From IMG/VR virus record IMGVR_UViG_3300009082_000959: a stretch of 64,000 nucleotides of DNA; one strand, written 5' to 3'. The translations under genes were made by a program, and so were the position numbers. The notes under the pieces are model-generated. The model worked only from the letters and a program-made list of their open reading frames with translations, was not told the origin of the DNA and searched no databases. This stretch comes from a virus. Taxonomy: Duplodnaviria; Caudoviricetes. Positions 18,601-26,312 of this stretch are shown here, in pieces (position 1 is the first letter of the stretch; the number at the start of each line of letters is the position of its first letter).

Positions 18601-20733
18601 ACTTGTGCAATTGGAGCATCAATTACTTATGGCATGGCAATAGAAAAAACAAGAATTGCTAATAATAATTTTGTTGGAAATGTTTCATTGGGAATAAGTC
18701 TTATTGACGGTGTTGTTTTATCGAACGCAAATATAGAAGACAACATAATGGGGGCAAGTCTTGCGATTGCTTCTGCTGCTGTTGCTGGAAGTGATAATGT
18801 GGTTTATAAAACAAATATTACAGGCAATACTATTGCAGGAAACTTTACTATTGGTGCTACTAGTGCAGGTTCGGCGTCCGATATAGTCCTAATAAAAAAT
18901 TCAAATATATCGGATAACATGGTTGAGGGTGTTTTGATTTTTGGTAGTTCAACGCGAAACCCACCAAATAATTGGACTTATTATGATAATAATATTAACA
19001 ATAACACCATAGGTGTAAGTTTTAGTATGTACGGCAAATGTGTTAGTTCTTCTTTGCACAAGAACGTTTCTTTGCATGGGGCATTTACCTGTGGTCCGTT
19101 GGCCCACTCCGTATTTTCTGATGGATATAGTGGCTCAACCATAACGATTGGAAATACACTGGTATCTGGTACTGCCGTTGCTAACTCGGATATAAAGAAT
19201 AATCAAGCCATTACCACGATAACCGTTGGACCGAGTTTGACATCTGGGTCTGCGCTTTCAAAATCAACTTTTGTGAATAACGCCTGCTACTCTACACTGG
19301 GTTTGGGTACATCTGTTACATCTGGTGATATTATTATCTATTCCTCTGTGAATGATAATAAAGCAACTGATTTTTCAATAGGGGTTGGCTTAACTGGCAC
19401 CACAACTGGCACCGTGCTGAAAGAAGCAGTTGTTAAAGGAAATTGGATTGATAGACATTTTGCACTTGGTAATACATCTCGCGACATTGATACCGAGACG
19501 TTCTTGGATAGTGTAATTTCTGATAACATAATTGAGTCAAATTGTACATTTAGTGGCTTAATTACAGATTGTAGTATAACAAACAACTCAATTGGTGGAA
19601 CTTTTTCAAGAGACAGCATAAGTGGAACGGTAAACATAATCGGTAACATTGGTACATTGGATGGATATATTTCGCAGAACGGCGACCTAAATATATCTGC
19701 TGGCACCAATGATATTATACTTCACTCTCGGGTTGTTCAAAATGGGCCGGATGGGTCATCTGTTATTTCTGACAATGGAAATTTGCTTTTTCATGACGGG
19801 TCTAGCTATATTGATATTAAAACATTTTTATTAACACTTGGTTCTTCTACTTTTACGCACAGATCACCTGATAATAGTTTTGATGGAGCATTTCAGGGTT
19901 CCTCTCACAGCAACGGAACTGATACCTGGTGTTTGGTGGGTGAACATGGAGAAATTCAATCGTCGTCCTTTGGATATACGTGGGTCCATAGAACTACTGA
20001 TAATAGTTACTCAGGTATGTTTTCATCGATTTGTTGGGGTGCAGACAAGTTTTGTGCCGTTGGTTCTTCTGGAGAAATTCAGACTTCACCCACTAGTGAA
20101 ACATGGACGCATAGAACTTCAGATAATAGTTACTCAGGTACATTTCAATCTGTTTCACACAATGGAACAGATTTGTGGTGTGTTGTTGGTGAGACTGGAG
20201 AAATTCAGACTTCACCAGATGGTATAACGTGGACTCATAGAGTTGCCGATTCAAGCTACATTGGAACATTTTATGGGGTTTCACACAATGGAACAGATTT
20301 GTGGTGTGCTGTTGGCGCGGACGGAGAAATTCAGACTTCACCAGATGGCGAAACGTGGACTCATAGAGTTGCTGACAATAGTACCACCAATGACCTATCT
20401 AGGGTTATACATAATGGTGTTATGTGGTGTCTAATTGGTGATTCACTTGAAATGCAAACATCCTTTAACGGGTTTGTGTGGGCTAGTCAAAGCGCAATAA
20501 ATGAACAGCTTCTTGGTATAAATACGAATGGTTTTGGTTTATTTATTGCAGTTGGGAATACTGGAGCTATTTGGATATCGGTAGATGGTATTAGGTGGAG
20601 AAAGCGACATTCTGGTTTAAGTAGCCCATATCCTTCCTTTACTACGATAGCGCATAATCAAGATGGAATGTTTATTATTGCTGGCACCGATGGTGAAATT
20701 CTAACGTCATTAAGGGTTTTGTTTGAAATATAG
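15688..20733 (+). CDS. Tail fibre/tailspike with parallel beta-helix regions and two BNR/Asp-box-like beta-propellers
   Basis: TIQSAIDSLPHGGTVFIKEGNY (pectin-lyase-like start), many N/I-rich beta-helix rungs, and two clusters of GEIQTSPDGETWTHR repeats. Confidence 0.85.
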   Translation: MAWDSKKEETFSALEKLLDQKTNTLGTTGGSVEEPFRKQTNVILGETWRLDPTVGSAEELVAPKFDGYGVVGSVASRYESLRLHSYLPSGETGPNSCQTFIVVSTAPTSHAISDIDSVRMKDLIPPVYSPGKSDAAESDDSIRGFELALYPAACYGGVGSVLVPDLNKKIPTTADPSAVYGAGENGWSVDYLNGIVRLSVPPLNGPTGVFNPNDVFGDLEGNRADDAYGSITLFATFYQYSGSYGWTENQDLVTVGDGVISTGTYTGNSHNTIQSAIDSLPHGGTVFIKEGNYYCSSPIEVKHGIHLNGSNNTNIFSPAGNYLLDISKSQVSVSGINLFAPDGQTNTSLIRIGSDIDGYSLNDVSINNNKLNCKLATNGILLRADEYMSFKNLDISDNTFSIQDENNTVFIIGFGNRLESSQQLTAWTTATGISQTMYGGYFNGTLFCIVGATGAIYTSSDGVSWTARTADNSYGDDFHSVIYNGTLWCAVGETGEIQTSPDGETWTHRVADSSYIGTFYCVGFDSDGMFCVAGETGEIQTSTDGETWTHQTADDSFAEIFYGIVYGSNTWCLVGDSGEIQTSPDGETWTHRVADAGYTVGTFYSVAHNRVNTFMVVGEDDEIQISSDAVSWESTHSSVGTNFGSVVFDYGRNKWILSGYENNTIFTTTDGTSLVSLPDSNGTDVFGLMIAQQPTDPTFISVNSDNQSCVFGSLSIANNKFEAEENRECLVEIIGNNSSFEHINISDNIGRAKLKVYIDDAYMSSVVVDGNSFYSADVGRISDSVFSNNTIADDVTITAAINSDISHNIIGGTLDPTLENTLVFGNNITGDFKAEHVWNSSVSENIVGGALTIADGLTDGGTVLLDSKINSNTITGAFSIALSYTDSLTAPIIDSAVCSGNSAASFAVGSTSFDDARPSCQKFVFSDNIITGNLAVRGKTQESSYSGNQIFGSCTLEPVANFSFSDGYVGTTCAIGASITYGMAIEKTRIANNNFVGNVSLGISLIDGVVLSNANIEDNIMGASLAIASAAVAGSDNVVYKTNITGNTIAGNFTIGATSAGSASDIVLIKNSNISDNMVEGVLIFGSSTRNPPNNWTYYDNNINNNTIGVSFSMYGKCVSSSLHKNVSLHGAFTCGPLAHSVFSDGYSGSTITIGNTLVSGTAVANSDIKNNQAITTITVGPSLTSGSALSKSTFVNNACYSTLGLGTSVTSGDIIIYSSVNDNKATDFSIGVGLTGTTTGTVLKEAVVKGNWIDRHFALGNTSRDIDTETFLDSVISDNIIESNCTFSGLITDCSITNNSIGGTFSRDSISGTVNIIGNIGTLDGYISQNGDLNISAGTNDIILHSRVVQNGPDGSSVISDNGNLLFHDGSSYIDIKTFLLTLGSSTFTHRSPDNSFDGAFQGSSHSNGTDTWCLVGEHGEIQSSSFGYTWVHRTTDNSYSGMFSSICWGADKFCAVGSSGEIQTSPTSETWTHRTSDNSYSGTFQSVSHNGTDLWCVVGETGEIQTSPDGITWTHRVADSSYIGTFYGVSHNGTDLWCAVGADGEIQTSPDGETWTHRVADNSTTNDLSRVIHNGVMWCLIGDSLEMQTSFNGFVWASQSAINEQLLGINTNGFGLFIAVGNTGAIWISVDGIRWRKRHSGLSSPYPSFTTIAHNQDGMFIIAGTDGEILTSLRVLFEI
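17170..20375 (+). repeat. Near-identical DNA repeats in two propeller clusters
   Basis: GGAGAAATTCAGACTTCACC occurs exactly at 17170, 17419, 20071, 20197 and 20323. A 44-nt stretch is identical at 17170, 17419 and 20323. The period is about 126 nt. Confidence 0.95.
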
Positions 20734-20737
20734 TGTT

Positions 20738-21493
20738 ATGAATAATCTTAAATTATCAGAAAAAGACGCTTTTATCATTGGAACTGGGCCATCTACCGCG
20801 AAATTACTAAAACACAAACACTTACTAAATAATTTTACCGTTATTGGCCTTAATTTTTCTATAAAAGATTTCGAAGAAAACCTTGATTATCATATAGTTA
20901 TGGAAAAAGAACCAAATGTTATATATAATTATATGAAAAATAATCCCTACAGAGAAGACTTGCCAAGGATAATAAACAAAATTCCTTTGAGATTTTTTCC
21001 AAAGGATGCAAATCTAATTCCAGCGGTTAGATGTGATTTTAAACACAAACCAAGTCTCCGCTCTTATACAAACGAATTTGGTTCAGGATTATTTTCTGGG
21101 TATATAACCCACACAATAAGGCAACCAGCAAGTGTTTGTCTGCAAGCACTTCATTTGGCTGGCATTTTGGGTTGTAAAAATGTTTACACAATAGGATGCG
21201 ACTTTTTATTTCAAGGTGATTTACGATATTATACTGGATACGACAACAAAGACCACAAATCTAATATTTCTACCTCCATTGTCAGGCCAAAGAATATAGT
21301 TGAAGTAGATTTTTGTGGAGAAAAACGACTAACAGCCGAATGCTATAAAAATACGGCCGATTGGACGAATAGGTTTATAAAAGAAGTGTGTCGTCCAGAG
21401 ATGGAAGTCTATGATTTTAGTGGTGGTCTTTTAACAGCCGCCATTCAATTAAATTTAGAAGAATTTATGGGAAAATATGAAAACAATATTTAA
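20738..21493 (+). CDS. Maf/DUF115-like (CstII-fold) glycosyltransferase-like protein
   Basis: AFIIGTGPS, VIGLN, DYHIVME and SVCLQALHLAGILGCKNVYTIGCDF match the family pattern. ATG 20738 is preferred over the tracked TTG 20723. Confidence 0.8.
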   Translation: MNNLKLSEKDAFIIGTGPSTAKLLKHKHLLNNFTVIGLNFSIKDFEENLDYHIVMEKEPNVIYNYMKNNPYREDLPRIINKIPLRFFPKDANLIPAVRCDFKHKPSLRSYTNEFGSGLFSGYITHTIRQPASVCLQALHLAGILGCKNVYTIGCDFLFQGDLRYYTGYDNKDHKSNISTSIVRPKNIVEVDFCGEKRLTAECYKNTADWTNRFIKEVCRPEMEVYDFSGGLLTAAIQLNLEEFMGKYENNI

Positions 21494-22493
21494 TATAATA
21501 ACGAATAAGTATGTTTTGCTTGCACTTATCGCCGTGTTTGTTGGTTTAGCAATACAAATAAAGGTTTGCTCTGTCCAAGAAAACGAAAGACTGGCAACTT
21601 ACAACCGCCAATTAAGTGGACAACTTACAGAGCAAGAACATTTGCTACAATCTGCTAATCATGAACTTGGAATTGCTAATTCAAGATTAGTTACACAGAA
21701 ACAACTAGCGGACGAATTAGAGAAAGCGAAGCTGGAAGTAGATAAAGAATTCGAAGCTTTCAAAAAAGAGCATAATTTGGTGATTGCTAGTAAAGACCTA
21801 GCTATAGCAAGATTGGAACAGCAATTACAAGGTTCTTCTGGAACCACTGTTGTTCCCGTTACACAAACTGACCAAGAATTATGTCTGAAAATTGAAGAAA
21901 AATGCGTAATTGGTTATACTTGGGCTGATAATTTTGGGCGGTTCTCTCTTATTGACCCAAATATTTTTAAATCTGGTGACGAAATCGTCACAATCAATCA
22001 ATATTTTAGAGTACTTGTGGAGACATTTAAGCAGCAAGATGGGTCTTTGATGATCCAGCGACTAGTTTTAAGAGAAGTATATCCAGACGGTTCCGGTGGT
22101 TATAAAGAAGTCCCAAACGGAAAAGCAGAAATTGTTGAACACGAATTTGTTTATGACAATGCACCAATTGAAATTCCGGAATGGTCTGCTTGGGATTTAT
22201 TTAAATTGCGCATGGTTGTGGGAATTGGAACAGAAATTTTCCCAGAACCAGGTGATTTAAGACTTTCCGTTGGTTTGCAGTTTTTTGGGTGGCGTGGACT
22301 GGGTGTTAATAGTCACACTGGACTTGATTTCGATGACCCAAAAAACATTGCGCAGTACTTGGCCATTTCTTATGCGCCAGAATTCGATGATTTCAAGTTA
22401 AACATTGGGCTTGAGGTTGCGGTAGGAACATTTTTGTATAAACCATTTGATGAATACAGTGTGAAGGTGGGCCTTATGTTTTATTTGTGGTAA
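21477..22493 (+). CDS. Membrane protein with N-terminal anchor, coiled coil and C-terminal amphipathic beta-strands (spanin-like)
   Basis: TM segment YVLLALIAVFVGLAIQI, coiled coil of about 85 aa, about six alternating strands ending SVKVGLMFYLW. Confidence 0.65.
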   Translation: MKTIFNIITNKYVLLALIAVFVGLAIQIKVCSVQENERLATYNRQLSGQLTEQEHLLQSANHELGIANSRLVTQKQLADELEKAKLEVDKEFEAFKKEHNLVIASKDLAIARLEQQLQGSSGTTVVPVTQTDQELCLKIEEKCVIGYTWADNFGRFSLIDPNIFKSGDEIVTINQYFRVLVETFKQQDGSLMIQRLVLREVYPDGSGGYKEVPNGKAEIVEHEFVYDNAPIEIPEWSAWDLFKLRMVVGIGTEIFPEPGDLRLSVGLQFFGWRGLGVNSHTGLDFDDPKNIAQYLAISYAPEFDDFKLNIGLEVAVGTFLYKPFDEYSVKVGLMFYLW

Positions 22494-22521
22494 GAAAAAA
22501 TTTATTTTTTTGGAGCCCTAA

Positions 22522-23226
22522 ATGAGAAAACTATCTTTTGTTTTATTGTCTGTTATTTTTTGTTCTTGTACGGTTAATTTGGTAGTTCCGCCGATTGTTT
22601 CAGATAGCACCACAAAAGTAGATACAACCAGAGAATCAATGAATTCGGTTGTAAGAATCTCTGCAAATACACCCGACGGAACAACTGCATTAACTGGAAG
22701 TGGTTGGGCTAATTCGAAAGACACAATACTAACCGCTGGGCATGTTTGTTGGGCAATTATATCACTTCAAAAGGCCGGAGTTTTGGAAGATAATATCGAT
22801 ATACACTATTTAAACAGAGTAGATGCCCTCAGCAAGATATCTGGTGTTGAAATAGTAGATGTTTCAGATAAAGATGATATTTGTTTGCTGTACTCTGAAA
22901 ATCACGGGTTGCCGGTTTTGCAGTTTGAGGAAAGCAAAAATATAAAGTTTAATGGAGTAGCAATTGTATTAGGGTTTCCTCTTGGTGTTATGATAACCTA
23001 TAATAACGGAACAATTATTGTTCCAGATACTGGTAATTATTTTGATATTGAGGTTTTGCGAAATAAACTTATAGTTTCCTCTGCAAGTACTTCTGGTAAT
23101 AGTGGTGGGCCAGTGATAAATGAACATGGAAAAGTGATAGGAATGCTAATCGCGGGCCCGAGCAATGGGTACGATCATCTATCGGTGTGCGTTACTGTTG
23201 ATAGTATTAAGTCATTTATAAAATAA
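22522..23226 (+). CDS. Trypsin-like (S1) serine protease, probable lipoprotein
   Basis: Catalytic triad motifs ILTAGHVC, DDICLL and GNSGGP. Signal peptide ending IFCSC (Cys16). No PDZ domain. Confidence 0.9.
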   Translation: MRKLSFVLLSVIFCSCTVNLVVPPIVSDSTTKVDTTRESMNSVVRISANTPDGTTALTGSGWANSKDTILTAGHVCWAIISLQKAGVLEDNIDIHYLNRVDALSKISGVEIVDVSDKDDICLLYSENHGLPVLQFEESKNIKFNGVAIVLGFPLGVMITYNNGTIIVPDTGNYFDIEVLRNKLIVSSASTSGNSGGPVINEHGKVIGMLIAGPSNGYDHLSVCVTVDSIKSFIK

Positions 23227-23244
23227 TATTATGTTGGTGAAAAA

Positions 23245-26200
23245 ATGAGTGTTTTTCCTGATGCCATAGATTCAGATTTAGAATTGCCGCGCGTGGAGAA
23301 TAATGTTTCCGAAATTAGCGGAGACACGATAAATTCTGTTAGGGATTCTGTGTTAGCAATAGAAAATGCCATTGGTATCAATCCACAGGGAAACACTGCT
23401 GACCTGACAACTCGCATTGGTTTGGTTATAGATGCCGACGGAAGAGTTAAAGCATCTGCTTTGGCATCCAGTGGGTTGGTGACTCTTCCAATTTCTAATT
23501 CCCAAATAGGTGTAAATGCCGCAATAGAGGAATCAAAATTAGACCTGGATTACCCCACCGCAACACTTAATGCCAGCTTGGGTACAATATCGGCTAATTT
23601 GAGTGCTCTAATAACAACAATAAATTCACTAGCTTATAATACGGCAAGTCACTACGCCGGAACAGGAAACAAACACAAAGGAACTGCCATAGATTTGGTT
23701 TCTCCAATTTTAGGCGGAACAAATGTTGAGTCTGCACTTGGACTAGTCAATACTGCTCTTTCTTCACACACGGCATCTACACTAAATAGTCACACGGCTA
23801 GCAGCATTTCTTTATCCGGGCCATTTATTAATATAGATTCCGACGATGTTGAAGAAGCAATAGGCGAATTAGACATAGGTCAATCTGCGGCAATAGAGGA
23901 ACACCAAGACAAGTTACACAGAAATGGAATAGTAATAGGAGAAAGATCATCTTCGCAAATTAATTCGGAATACACCACGTTTGCTGGAACAATATACCAA
24001 ACCGATACCGATGAAGCGACAAATATATTTCAAATAATGAGACCAAATGTTGCACGCATTTCAAGTAAAAACATAGACTTACGCGCATTATCTTCTACTA
24101 CTGCCAGGAACCTAAGAATTCAGGCAGGTGGGGTTGGTCGTGGAACGCTGGATGTAGATTTGGTTTCTACAATACCAGCTGACTCGATTGATGAAATTGT
24201 TGAGGTAATAAATACACAAGCACGCGAGCAACACTACCCTATTTCTGCCTATAATACCGGTGCTTTGACTTTGGCCCACAATATACCTGGCGCACAGTAC
24301 ACACTAGAGGTTTTAGATACCATATCACTAGACGCATCTAATGCGCTGGGTTTTTCTGGCATAACAAACGTAGTGTGCTCTTGGCCAGATAATGTGCCTG
24401 GATGCTTTGTTTCTGGCAAAAAAATAAGTGGAATAAAATCAATAGTATCGTGCGCGTGTGTTCAAACATCTCTTAGTCCAACAATTAATCCGGCAGTAGG
24501 TAATTTAAGTTTGCTGGGATTATCTGGGAATGAAGGAAGAGTTTTGTGTAATATCACCAATCACAGCACAGACTCTACGGTCAATGGAACATACTATATA
24601 ATAAATTATCCAACAACAAGTACAATAACACTAAATGATGACATTGCGGCTGGAACTTTTGATTTAGAAATAGCCGCAGACTCTATCAACTTCGAAAATA
24701 GTGCAAGAGGGGAATTATTTGATATTTTTGTAGAACACGATCCAGATGGATATATTGGCCACGGAGTACTTAAAAAATATAATCGTGTGAGTTATGGTAC
24801 AATACCAGGTGTTGTATTGAAGTGCGTAAGTAATGACTTCGTAGATAGTGGTGATTTTGAGTGGGGAGTTTCTTCTTCTGGATATCTTACTTTATATCAT
24901 AATGGAAATGCAGGAGTATCAAAGGGAATTTCAACTGGATATGTTGGGCAAATTGAGGTTTTTGCCCCCAACAATACGACTAGCGCTGTGTTTCAGGTTC
25001 ACGGTAATTTTTCTGCGGCAAGAAAAGAATTCAATGTAAGCGAATTTGCCGGAAGTGATGACAAACTATACTTGGGATCAATTCACTACGGCGGAAATTT
25101 TGGACTACAAACTATTAAATATTTTATGGATAGTAGAGTCTTTGGTTCAACACAAGACACTGAAAGCAATGATGTTATTAATAAAATAAAAACAGACGAT
25201 CTTGCTAGTGAATTAAGAAACAACGGCGTCATACGTGGGTTTGATATAGAAAGTTACCTTAATACATCTTTGAGAGTTCGTGGCGGCCGGGCTCTCATAA
25301 GTGGCAAAATAATAGACGTAGAAACAAAAGATGTAACGGTTGATGTTTTTACAGAAGCAACCAGGATGCTTTTATTAGATATTAATGGAGATTACCTAAT
25401 AAAAGATACGGCCAATGTTGGGTTTTCCTTTGATGAACTCACCAGTGGTACTAATTTTGGTGATGAGGCCGGAGTTGCTCTTATTTGCGAATTTAATACC
25501 GATGGTTCCAAGATAGATGGGTACGTCACAGACAGACGACTTTTTGTAAATAAAATAGACAAACGCTTGAATGATTTAGACTCCAGTCTTGGCGCGCGAA
25601 TAGAGAATGTGCTCAGCACTGTTAGTGGTGGGTACTGGGGATTTACTATAGCAGAAACAGCAAATGAGGATGGTTACATTGCTGAATTGGAAATGGCAAA
25701 TCACGATGGCTTTAATTTTGTTCCTGACACAAATCAAACCGAGTATTCTGCGTGGGGGTTTGGAGCAGGTGAATCATCAATAACGACACGTAGATTTCAA
25801 TTTGTGTCGCCCTCTTTAAATAAAACATCTATATTTAAGTCAGTTGGTTTGACGCACATTAATGTTTTTTTGGATGCAACCTATACTGGTGATCAGGATG
25901 GTATTTTGGGGCCATTTGGTGTGAGTGGAACAGTATATGTAGATATTGGTGTCGCAGTTACTGTTGGCTTAGCAAATCAAACAACAACAGAATCGTATGC
26001 TTTAGTAAAAACAATAAATGCTGGTGTTTTCCCAGTTATATCACAGATAGAGCGTTATGTTGCGTCTATTCCTGCAACTGATCTTAATCTCCAGGATAAT
26101 GTCATGTTTGATGTTGTTCCTCGCATTAGAATTCGCAACACAAATTACGTCGACGGAGGTACGGGGCCAGACCCCGAACCAACTATTCTGTTCGATAACG

Positions 26201-26298
26201 TTCGTGTCGTGACAAGTAGCTATAGTGTTGCTGGCTCAGTAGGTGATATAGATGGAACTTCCACTTCTGTTGGTGTAGCAATAAGTGATATATTATAA
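23245..26298 (+). CDS. Large virion fibre-like protein, paralog of 26313..31424
   Basis: MSVFPDAIDSDLELPRVENNVSEI start, HTASSI motifs, LRNNGVIRGFD...VRGGRALISG block shared with the next gene. Confidence 0.8.
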   Translation: MSVFPDAIDSDLELPRVENNVSEISGDTINSVRDSVLAIENAIGINPQGNTADLTTRIGLVIDADGRVKASALASSGLVTLPISNSQIGVNAAIEESKLDLDYPTATLNASLGTISANLSALITTINSLAYNTASHYAGTGNKHKGTAIDLVSPILGGTNVESALGLVNTALSSHTASTLNSHTASSISLSGPFINIDSDDVEEAIGELDIGQSAAIEEHQDKLHRNGIVIGERSSSQINSEYTTFAGTIYQTDTDEATNIFQIMRPNVARISSKNIDLRALSSTTARNLRIQAGGVGRGTLDVDLVSTIPADSIDEIVEVINTQAREQHYPISAYNTGALTLAHNIPGAQYTLEVLDTISLDASNALGFSGITNVVCSWPDNVPGCFVSGKKISGIKSIVSCACVQTSLSPTINPAVGNLSLLGLSGNEGRVLCNITNHSTDSTVNGTYYIINYPTTSTITLNDDIAAGTFDLEIAADSINFENSARGELFDIFVEHDPDGYIGHGVLKKYNRVSYGTIPGVVLKCVSNDFVDSGDFEWGVSSSGYLTLYHNGNAGVSKGISTGYVGQIEVFAPNNTTSAVFQVHGNFSAARKEFNVSEFAGSDDKLYLGSIHYGGNFGLQTIKYFMDSRVFGSTQDTESNDVINKIKTDDLASELRNNGVIRGFDIESYLNTSLRVRGGRALISGKIIDVETKDVTVDVFTEATRMLLLDINGDYLIKDTANVGFSFDELTSGTNFGDEAGVALICEFNTDGSKIDGYVTDRRLFVNKIDKRLNDLDSSLGARIENVLSTVSGGYWGFTIAETANEDGYIAELEMANHDGFNFVPDTNQTEYSAWGFGAGESSITTRRFQFVSPSLNKTSIFKSVGLTHINVFLDATYTGDQDGILGPFGVSGTVYVDIGVAVTVGLANQTTTESYALVKTINAGVFPVISQIERYVASIPATDLNLQDNVMFDVVPRIRIRNTNYVDGGTGPDPEPTILFDNVRVVTSSYSVAGSVGDIDGTSTSVGVAISDIL

Positions 26299-26312
26299 AA
26301 AGGATTTAGAAA

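Noticed and set aside
17170-20375. Fibre repeats as a diversity-generating retroelement TR/VR pair
   Set aside because: Mismatches between copies are not adenine-specific (C/T, G/A, A/T and T/C all occur), all copies are in-frame coding, and no reverse transcriptase is in the window.
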